A DNA stretch of 64,000 bases from Octopus vulgaris (lineage: Eukaryota): NCBI GenBank assembly GCA_951406725.2, contig OX597820.1, positions 24,490,001 through 24,554,000 of the forward strand, given 5' to 3'. Each line of letters starts with the position of its first letter. Position 1 is the first letter of the stretch. Below, in pieces: positions 53,538-64,000 of this stretch. Made by a program: the position numbers and the translations under genes. Under the pieces are notes generated by a model. It was not told the DNA's origin, ran no database searches, and saw only the letters and a program-made list of their open reading frames with translations.

Positions 53538-54249
53538 GTATATACATATATATATTTATATACACTGTACAAACATACATACCTTTATATATGTATATAT
53601 GCATGCATATATATATGCAAGGAATTTTGTTTCTGTATCTGCATACGATGAAAAACTCTTCAAGTATTTGCCAAGTTTTAGAATATTGGTGATTTTACTT
53701 ACATATTTACTTATGTATTTCAAATTTTCATTATTACTATTGTTGTTGATGCTGTTGTTATTGTTGTTGTTGTTGTTATTGTTATTATTATTGTATTTGT
53801 TACCGTCGTCATCATCATTATCATTTTTTGGATCTATATCAACTTCAATAGACCAGAGGAAAAAACATATTTAATCAAATACATATATATTTACTTGAAA
53901 AAATACAAACAAAATTATAAAAAAAACACTAGTAAATATACAACCAAAAACACACATACACATACACCCGCACACACGTACACACACATACACACACAAA
54001 CACATACACGAAAACGCACAGAATATGTTACACTATGCTACACACACAAAAGAAAAATAACACTTATTATCGTATTTCTTGTTCAATATGTTCGTTCTAA
54101 GTTCGGGGCATAAAGAGTTATTTTGTATTTTTGGCAAACATTCCCAAGTCAATTGAAATTTTCCAACGTTGATGTTGTAACTTACGAATCAAGTTTTCCA
54201 TTCTTTTGTATGCGAGTTTAACATCACCGTATTTTGATCTCCGCTGTAC

Positions 54250-54290
<41 letters not shown>

Positions 54291-54313
54291 CGTATACACA
54301 CATACACACACAC

Positions 54314-54366
<53 letters not shown>

Positions 54367-54484
54367 TGTGTGTATGCATATATATATATGTGTGTGTATA
54401 TATATGTATATGTATATATATATATGTATGTATGTATATATATATGTATATATACATATATATGTATACATAAACATATATATC

Positions 54485-54649
<165 letters not shown>

Positions 54650-55158
54650 AATATGTCATATGCATATATATATTGTGTAGGTATATAGGTAAATATATAT
54701 ATATATAGGTATAGAGCTATTTGTGTGAGTGCTGTCTGTGTGTTTGATCAACATGTTTATTTTTTTGTGTGTTTTTAATTTATGTGTCTGTCTTTTGTAT
54801 TGCTCTCGCCATGTTAGAACAAGAAATATGGGTATGAAGAAAAGAAGAAGAAAACATATTTTGGCACTGTCTAAGACGATATATTAACATATGTGCGTGC
54901 GTATGTGTGTATGTGTGTAAATGTATGTAAGCACATGCTTCACATACATAAATACACCCGTATACTTACACACATAAGCACTCACGGACACATATTATAT
55001 ACCCGAAGTTAAAACAAAAGTAAACTAAAGTGAAGCTTATTCGGGGTAGTTTATATTTATATATGGATTTATGAGTAGAGACATCTATATTTATGTGATA
55101 GACATATAAATCATATAAGTAGACCAAATACACACGCAGACACACATACACACACACA

Positions 55159-55898
55159 TACCAGGGTAAGTTATATTTACAATTGTTTCAATAATTTATT
55201 AAAACAAAAGCGGTGATAGCACATTTGCATGCTTTTTCGACACAATTTCCTTCCTTTTCGATATGATCCACAGGCTTGCTTATTCTATCGCAAAAGTTCT
55301 TCATGTGGTCGCGGAGCCATTTATGCACCACTTCCTGCGCTTCTTCCTCTAGCAAACCGGCGACCCCGTAAAGGAGTTGAAGGACGTGATAGTCGGAATG
55401 GCCGAGATCTGGACTATATCCAGTGTATTTAAGTAACTCGAAATTCAGTTTTTCTAGTTTCAACGTTGGTGATGGTGTAAGTGGGCTTACATTGTAGTGC
55501 AATAATAAAACTTGATTTGTCAAAAGAACTCCCCGTCGAGTGTAAATATCTGGTTTCAGTTTGTTGGCCAGCATTTCCCCGTAGCCTATACTGGTGACTG
55601 TAGTCTAATTTTCCAGATAATGTTCCAGGATTGGCCCTTTTGGGTCACAAAAATCGATAAGTACCACTTTTTCAGCGGATTCCGGATGTTTCCACTCCAT
55701 ATCCTGCTCTTTGAATTCTAGCTTAAAGTGATAGACCTGGGTCTCATCTCCTGTGACTATTATTTCCACTCGAGACCAACTCCTGGTTATCTATAGTACT
55801 TGAAGACCAAGACCCAAATTTAAATAAGTCCACTGGTGCGTTAGTACTAGAACTGTAGGTTGCAACCAGTGGCATAAATTCTACTTATGAATTTCGTA
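55159..55898 (-). pseudogene. Internally deleted mariner element with decayed DD34D transposase
   Basis: Minus strand: IIVTGDETQVYHF, MEWKHP, KGPILEHYLE, VLLLHYNVSP, YSPDLGHSDYH, IEKEGNCVEK; TIR-like end acttaccctgg|TA at 55159-55173; right boundary uncertain. Confidence 0.9.
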
Positions 55899-56939
55899 GA
55901 ATAACATAGAAGCCAAGGAAGCCGAAAAACCAAAGCAGCCCAAATTAATACTCAGTGCCAATTATTACAGCACCATTCTGTTTCGAAGCATCTTACATAA
56001 AAGTTATGCGTACTAAAACTTACAGTATAAATCTACAGATAAAAGGATATGCGATTCATTATACTACTTCAATCTACAATTGTTTCGTCGTAGTTTAAAT
56101 AATCAATCTTCCAACATTATGCAATAATTAATGCAACTATTGATTACTTTTCATATACTATTTCATAGCATATATTGCAAAAGCTTTTGGTATGAAGAAT
56201 CCCGTACGAAATAATACGCTGACCGAACTCATAAAACATACCTATTCCACACGAAAGCCTTTACATAACATAAACAGAAGAGTGATAAAAATTGAATTGA
56301 AGGGAATGTTATTTTGTTTAGACGGGATAATTGGCCGTTTGACCAGCTGGTTGTTAAGTCTTATACTGGCAAAGGAATTTTATAGCAGCTTGCCTCATTA
56401 AATAGATATTAAGATTTTATGACTTTATTAACGGATTTCCATTAAGACAGTTAAGTAGATTTAATGACTAGACATTAAGTCTTAGAATTTATCTGTTGAA
56501 AAGACGAAACAATTGTAACTTGCAGTAGTAAAAGCATTTGCTTACTCACTTTTTTATATTATAACAAAATCTTTTGGATATTTGTGGATTTTCAGGTATT
56601 TGTTTAGTAGAACAAATTATCTCCAATTTATAATTTTGTCCGATAACCAATATCCGTGGATGAACTTAATATGTTAAACACCAGGATTATATAGTCCAAT
56701 GAACTTATATAGGTAGACACGAACACACACAGATGTATGCAGAGATATACATGTGTATATAGGCATACATAGACGTATAAATATATATGATTTGCTGGGA
56801 CTAGCTAAAATGCTTAATGTGTTAAAGGCTTTTACGTTAAATCTCTCAACATTTCGGCCGCATGTCTGTGATAACTTAGTACATTACAATCTTAAGCAGC
56901 ACCTCTATGTGGATGCTTGTTCTGCTCATAATAATAGTC

Positions 56940-57365
56940 TCAAATTTTGGCTCAAGGCCAGCAATTTCGGAGGGGTGGGTAAGTAGATTACGTCGACCCC
57001 AGTATTCAACTATTAGTTATTTTATCGACCCAGAAAAGAAGAAAGGTAAAGTTGACCTCAGCTGAATTTGAGCTCAGAACGTAAAGACGGACGAAATAGG
57101 CGTGCTAACAATTCTGCCAGGTCGCTGCCTTTGGTTTGCTAATAATAATCCTTTCTACTAAAGGCACAAGGCCTGAAATTTTTGGGGAGGTGACTAGTCG
57201 ATTATATCGACCCCAGTGTTTCATTGGTACTTAATTTATCGAACCCGAAAGAATAAAAAGCAAAGTCGACCTCGACAAAATTTGTACTCAGAACGTAAAT
57301 ACGGACAAAATGCTACTAACCATTTTGCCAGGTGTGCTAACAATTCTGCGAGCTTACCGCCTTTG
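56940..57365 (-). mobile_element. Two tandem SINE group A copies
   Basis: Two reverse-complement head-plus-core copies. Confidence 0.85.
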
Positions 57366-58459
57366 TTTTGCCAATAATGATAACAAACATTTATGCCTCA
57401 ATTTTGAACTGTATTGTCTTTAAAAACGAATACTTTAGATAATTTCATGTCAGATACATAAATCAATTCTCCTAAATATTGGTTGGTATTGGCAAGAAAA
57501 CCTTTTACTATAAAACAAAGCCATCAAAGCTGAACCAGGACAACCGCAACAATAGCAACAAGAAGCATATTATATTTGTTATGATATTCTTGGTCAACGT
57601 CAGCTAAGTATATCCACCCTCTGTGATAAATAACAAATGTCTCTATCGTAATGTTATATGTCATATAAATAATTATCCATCATTAGCATATGTTTCCTTC
57701 GATTCTTTGTGGAACATTGAAAAGCAAGCAAAGTTTTGGTCGGGTCAGCGACTAACAAAACGTCTACTTTCTCTAATTATAGTTGCGCATTCTGGTCTTG
57801 AGCCAAGTGAATTTCAAGCAATTTTGCTTAATTTTCTTATCGAACAGTGAATGTAATCAAACCTTATGGTTACAAGATTGCTGCAATAACGATTTTTAAC
57901 TTTGGCACAAGAACACAGATTTTTATGGCGGGGTGAATAGGGGCACTCTATTTAATCAACCTCAGTATTTTGTCAGGTATTCATGCTCTCGGCCCAGGAG
58001 GAAAAAGGGTAAATTTACAAACTGAGAGTTATTTGAAAGCAAAGTATATGCAGCAAAATATTTTGGCTAATATTCATCCGAATCTAAGATATTACTACTC
58101 TTAATAATTTAAAAATAGATTCTAATTTACGCAACAACCGAGAACACTTGGGAACGGACAAGTTATTGACTTGCCCGTTGTTTATACTTTATTGACTGAC
58201 CATCAGAAAGAAAAGTAAATCTGGCTTCGACAGAATTTGAATTAAGAACATAATGAGTCAGAACAAATACCTTACGAGATTTTGTCAACATTGCGAAGCC
58301 ACAATAACTTATTACATTCTTACAGAAATGGATGATGGAGAAGTTGATGTAGCAGAGTTCATTTCAGAATATAAAGGCTAGTAACTTAATATCTCAAAAT
58401 CTTTACTTCGCTACGTTAAAAGCTTGTCATCCATCTAGTATGACCTTCATGATACTGTT

Positions 58460-58972
58460 AATCCTTTCTACTAGAAGCACAAGACCTGAAAGTTTGGAGG
58501 GGGAAGCTTGTCGATTACTTGATTCGTATTTTGCCTTATCAACCCTGAAAGAATGAAAGGCAAAGTCGACCTCGACGAAATTTGAACCTAGAACGTAAAT
58601 CTGGAAGAAATGCTGCTAAGAATTTTGTCCGATATGCTAACGATTCTTCCAGCTCGCTACCTTAAATATGGGTTTTTCCTAAAGTCATAATATTAAGTGA
58701 AATTATAGTTTAATTAAACCATCCTCCACAGTCTTCATAGTATTAATATACCGTGAAAGCGGCGAGCTGGCAGAAACGTTAGCACGCCGGGCGAAATGTC
58801 TAGCGGTATTTCGCCTGCCATTACATTCTGAGTTCAAATTCCACCGAGATCGACTTTGCCTTTCATCCTCTTGGAGTCGATTAAATAAGTACCACTAAAC
58901 CACTGGGGTCGATATAATCTGTCCTTGATTGTCCCCTCTATGTTTAGCCCCCTGTTGGCCAGAAAGAAATAA
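58460..58972. mobile_element. Divergent pair of SINE group A copies
   Basis: Minus copy ~58460-58665, plus copy ~58758-58972. Confidence 0.85.
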
Positions 58973-58985
58973 GTATTGGTATACC

Positions 58986-59040
<55 letters not shown>

Positions 59041-60792
59041 ATATCTGTGTAGTATGCGAGGAGTTTAATGTTAAAAAAACTAATTTTAAAAATCAGTATC
59101 AAAATCACGAGATTACATTATATTCAGGTGAGAATAAAAGAACAGTAATTAGCAACAAACCTGTGAAACTGAATATAGCGAAAGCCCTGAGACATCTAAC
59201 GACTAGTGTATACATTTCATGACCTGGAGTTATGAAATATTGTACGTTTTGCGAACGCCTCAATTGGTATTGTGCGTATGTGTGTAGTTACACACTATAT
59301 TGTTTAAAAGTGATTGTCTAATTTAAAAGCGATTGAAAAATCACAAAGACTAGTTTCAAACGTTTACATTTACATTATTGACGTATGCTAGTAGTGGAAA
59401 ACAAAACAAAGTTCAGTGTCCTTATAATGAAAAAATGTGTTTGTAAAAAGATATCTATTGCATTAAGTCAAAAATATATAAACTCAATTCATAGAATTAA
59501 CCCAAAATTTAAACTTCATCACAAATATATGAGAATAAAATATATTAATTATTCTTTGCTATAAAAAGTGTGAGTCGTGTTATATGGAACTGTGCATTGT
59601 TCTCGAGTAAATACAGTAGACTTTTAGCATAAACAAACGGCTATGCATTTTGATGGGCTTGTAATTTCATTAAATCAATAGCTATTCTTACCTGTCTACA
59701 TATTTTATAGATCACGAAAAGGTAGTAAGCAAAGTTAACTCTGATTTAAGGTGGTAAGCAAAGTTAACCTTGATTTGATTTATTTGTTGCTATCAAATAA
59801 TACTTTGATGAAGTCTCATCAGAACTGAAACTCATGACTGGTGAAGTGACCAAGTGATTTGAATACATGGAATCTTGAGACTGGTCAAGGCCATTATACA
59901 TTGCAGGAAGACAATGGGTTAACAATACACCGACAGAATAAGTTCCAAGCTTTTAACAACTGAAGGTAATTCAGATGGTTCTTCGCTTCCCACTGACATC
60001 CAAATGTCTTTGACGATGATGATGATAACAATGATGATGATGCTACTAATGATAATAAAAGGCAGCAATTTCGAGGAAGGATTTAAGTCGATTACATAAA
60101 CCCTAGTGTTCAACTGGTGCCTATTTTATCGACCCCGAAAGCATAAAAAGAAAAGGCGACCTCGGAATCGACTATCGCCTCCCCTAAAAGGACTGGCCTT
60201 GTGCCAAATTTAATAACAATAGTAGTTACATTTGCTAATGTATAATGGTTAAGATATCTGATTATACTAATCGTATTAAATTTAATTAGGCCCTTTATAA
60301 ATAAAGTGCTTATAAAATGTCTTTTTATCGAATTTCTTTACCGTTTTCTTTATAATGTACTGAAGTGTTTGTTTGAAATGATACTTCAAGGTGTCAGGTT
60401 TAATCCATTTTTTTGGAAATACGAGCCGTTTTCTGTGGAACATAGTAAGATAAAGAACAGTCTTGTATTCGTTTGTATATTTGAGTGTGTGGGTGTATGT
60501 TTTTTTTTAGTTGTTGTAGGTTTTGTTCCATAATATTTTAGTAGCAAGCCAACTTACTGAATTGAGTAAACGTTCATAGAAGTAATTAGCTTCTTACTAA
60601 ATGCAGCATGAACACAACTAATGGTAATTAATTAACGAACATCATTAATCCTCTCAAGTACGAAATTGTGTTAAACTTCAATCCTTAATTTCGGAAACAT
60701 ACAGACTTAAATCATAAAATATATAATCCTCTAGTTCATAACTCATCCTCTAGTTTCAAACTTTGAAATCTTTATTATTACTATTACATATG

Positions 60793-62180
60793 AGGCGGCC
60801 AGCTGGCAGAATCGCTAGCACGCTGGATAAAATACTTAGCCGCAATTCGCCCGTCGCCACGTTCTGAGTTCGACCTCCACTGAAGTCGACTTCACCTTTC
60901 AGCTTTTCGGAGTCGATAAAATGAGTAACAGTTGCCCTTGTGGCAAAAATTTGAAATTATTATTACTGTTACATAAATACAATTTATTGTGACATTCTTA
61001 TCACGTCTGTAAAGATGGAGAGCTGGCAGAATCGTTAACACGCCGGTCGAAATGTTTAGCGGAATTTCGTCTGCCGCTATGTTCTGAGTACAAATTCCGC
61101 CGAGGTCGACTTTGCCTTTCAACCTTCCGGTATCGATTAAATAAGTACCAGTTACGCACTGGAGTCGATGTAATCGACTTAATCCGTTTGTCTGTCCTTG
61201 TTTGTCCTGTTGGGTAGTAAAGTATTTCGTTTGTCTTTACGTTTTCAGTTCGAATTCCACCGAGGTCGACTTTGCCTCACAGCTTTTTGGAGTCCATAAA
61301 ATAAGAAACAGTTGAGTTTTAGCGTCGATGTAATCGACTTACCCCTATCCCGAAATTGCTGTCCTTGTACTAAAATTTGTATAATGTCTTTAAGAATGGA
61401 GCAGATGATAACATACTGAGAGGTTATTAATTTCATTGATTAATATCGAAGTTCAAATCCTGCCAGCCAGCCAGGCAGGCAGCCAGCTTCGACGTTGCAT
61501 TATACCTCACCGTTAAGGCGGCGAGTTCAAATTCCACCGAGGTCGACTTTGCCTTTCATCCTTTCGGGGTGCATAAATTAAGTACCAGTTACGCACTGGG
61601 GTCGATGTAATCGACTTAATCCGTTTGTCTGTCCTCGTTTGTCCCCTCTGTGCTTAGCCCCTTGAGGGTAGGAAAGAAATAGGTACTCGTATGCCCCTAC
61701 GTTCTGTGTTAAAATTCAGCCAAGGTCGACTTTGCCTTTCATCCTTTCGAGGTCGATAAATTAAGCACCAGTAAAGCACTGGGGTCGAGGTAATCGATAT
61801 TCCCCTCCCCCAAATTTCAGGCCTTGTGCCTATATTAGAAAGGATTATATCCCACCGTTGGGGAACAATAAATATTTACCACATCGACGTTGAATTATAC
61901 CCCACCGTTATAGCGGCGAGCTGGCAGCAATGTTAGCACGCCGGGCGAAATGCTTAGCGGTATGTAACCAACTTCCCTCTCACCTTGTACCAAAAACGAG
62001 AAAGAATTATTTTTTTCCATTGATATTAATATTTTTTCATACATCAAATTCCTCCGAGGTCGACTTTCCCTTTCATTCTCTCACGGTCCATAAAATAAAT
62101 ACTAGTTGAACACTGGAGTCGATGTAATCAAATTACACCGCTCACCCGAAATTACTGGCCTTGTGCTAAAAGTTGACACC
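60793..62180 (+). mobile_element. Cluster of SINE group A monomers and dimers
   Basis: Heads at ~60793, 61016, 61516 and 61912; at least six core copies, all on the plus strand. Confidence 0.9.
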
Positions 62181-62196
62181 AATGTGGTAAGTAGCT

Positions 62197-62359
62197 AGGC
62201 GCAGGAGTGGCTGTGTGGTAAGTAGCTTGCTTACGAACCACATGGTTCCGGGTTCAGTCCCACTGCGTGGCACCTTGGGCATGTGTCTTCTACTATAGCC
62301 TCGGGCCGACCGAAGCTTTGTGAGTGGATTTGGTTGACGAAAACTGAAAGAAGCCCATC

Positions 62360-62411
<52 letters not shown>

Positions 62412-62880
62412 TTAATCCAAACATGAAAACACAAAGAGAAAACACAATAACGCGAGGACGTGGAACAAGTATAATGTTATTTGACGCTCAGGAAAGGAAA
62501 GAAAGAAGGAGGATTTAACGTTTCAAAGCGGAGTTCTTCGTCAGAAACATAGGAAAAGGAAATATCCAAGAAAGGGAAGACGGAGGGAAAAAAATCGCCA
62601 ACGATACACACGCGGTCACATATTGAATGTATATATATATGTATGTAAGTATGTATGTGTGTTTGTATATGTTTGTGTGTCTGTGTTTGCCCCCCCCCCC
62701 CAACATTGCTTGACAGACGTTGGTGTGTTTACCTCGCCATAACTTAGCGGTTCGGCAAAAGAGACCGATAGAATAAATACTAGGCTTACAAAGAATAAGT
62801 TCTGGGGTCGATTTGCTCGACTAAAGGCAGTGCTCCAGCATGGCCGCAGTCAAATGACTGAAACAAGTAAAAGAGTAAAA
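62197..62880 (+). mobile_element. SINE group B, full length, with ~215-bp insert in the central microsatellite
   Basis: 5' half 62197-62362, insert ~62410-62628, 3' half 62670-62880. Confidence 0.9.
62513..62548 (-). ncRNA. Minimal type I hammerhead motif (stem II weakened)
   Basis: Minus strand: gttt-CTGACGA-agaac tcc gcttt-GAAA-cg-TT-aaat; palindromic aacgtt stem III. Confidence 0.6.
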
Positions 62881-62895
62881 GCGTATTACATTATG

Positions 62896-63280
62896 AGTGG
62901 AGGCGCAATGGACCAGTGGTTAGGGAAGCGGACTCGCGGTCATAGGATTGCGGTTTCGATTCCCAGACCGGGCGTTGTGAGTGCTTATTGAGCGAAAACA
63001 CCTAAAGCTCCACGAGGCTCCGGCAGGGGATGGTGGTGATCCCTGCTGTACTCTTTCAACACAACTTTCTCTCACTCTTACTTCCTGTTTCTGTTGTACC
63101 TGTATTTCAAAGGGCCGGCCTTGTCACTCTCTGTGTCACGCTGAATATCCCCGAGAACTACGTTAAGGGTACGCGTGTCTGTGGAGTGCTCAGCCACTTA
63201 CACGTTAATTTCACGAGCAGGCTGTTCCGTTGATTCGGATCAACCGGAACCCTCGTCGTCGTAACCGACGGAGTGCTTCC
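62896..63280 (+). mobile_element. SINE group C (head H1 + tail T1), young copy with 11-bp TSD
   Basis: attacattatg at 62885-62895 and 63281-63291; nearly identical to 10119-10505. Confidence 0.95.
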
Positions 63281-63744
63281 ATTACATTATGGAAATTCTG
63301 TCTTAATAGCTGGACCTCCTAGGTTGACAAAACTCTTCTGCTGGCGACAAAATGTCGCCTGAACTGACAGAGCGCTGCTGTTCAGATTCACTTACTAATC
63401 TATATTTTATCATTTTATTCTAAGCGGTTTGTTTGAATACGTTTTATTGTACATGGTTCATTTATATTTATAGCATTTCACATTATTAGCAGAGATGTGA
63501 TTGCTTGAATAAAGAACATTACAACGGAAGAAACGTTTGCTTAAAAGGATATTTTTTTTTCGCTGTTTTTCTTTCTTTGATTTCTAAAGTAATTCTTAAA
63601 AGATAAACGCAATTATTTGCAGATATGCTGTGAACGAAAATGTAATTGAATATGGAAGTTGTTATGAGGGTACTTTACTGCTTGAAAGAAAGAAGTATTT
63701 CAAAGGTTTTTAATGTCTCTAAATATAAATTTAAATAAGAATCA

Positions 63745-63910
63745 CAGACATGGTTGTGTGGTTCAGACTCGCTTTTACAATTACGTGGTTTCAGATTTAA
63801 TTTCCCGGCGTGACACATTGGGCAAGTGTTATCAACTACCGCTTAGTGCCGACCAATGCCATGTGAGTGAATTTGACTGAAGGAAACTGTAAGGAAGCCT
63901 GTCGTATTTA
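63745..63910 (+). mobile_element. SINE group B, diverged 5' half
   Basis: ttgggcaagtgttatcaactac...ggaaactgtaaggaagcctgtcgta. Confidence 0.75.
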
Positions 63911-64000
63911 TATGTCGAACATATCGACACTGGTGCTTATTTTCCATGTCTAGTACTTATTCCATCAAACCTTTTTACCACACTGCTAAGTTATGGAAGC

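Noticed and set aside
59718-59778. ~29-bp tandem duplication
   Set aside because: Two copies only; ordinary slippage.
59805-59825. Minus-strand CTGATGA
   Set aside because: No GAAA in position. The same applies to CTGATGA at ~37510 and CTGACGA at ~45417.

Overview
Eukaryotic, AT-rich, repeat-dominated DNA. I infer octopus/cephalopod origin from the SINE families and the extreme microsatellite load. No intact protein-coding gene is visible, and most listed ORFs are translations of microsatellites. Content: (1) dozens of tRNA-derived SINEs in three groups, several nested with clear target-site duplications. (2) Decayed fragments of CR1-type, R4/Dong-type and Penelope-like retroelements, mariner and pogo/Tigger transposases, and two Tigger-type MITEs. 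(3) The most striking signal: a population of short non-coding elements, mostly embedded in (TA)n/(CA)n tracts, that carry type I hammerhead ribozyme (HHR) motifs. There are about 6 well-formed motifs plus several decayed ones, from multiple unrelated sequence families. Several occur as fold-back inverted pairs, up to 275-bp arms at 50441-51073. One HHR lies ~500 nt downstream of a Penelope-type GIY-YIG C-terminus, tying the set to Penelope-like pLTRs. Also seen: a templated inverted insertion at 229-468 copied from ~5 kb, SINE head/tail shuffling, and tentative minus-strand micro-exons. All calls are by eye, and ends of decayed elements are approximate.
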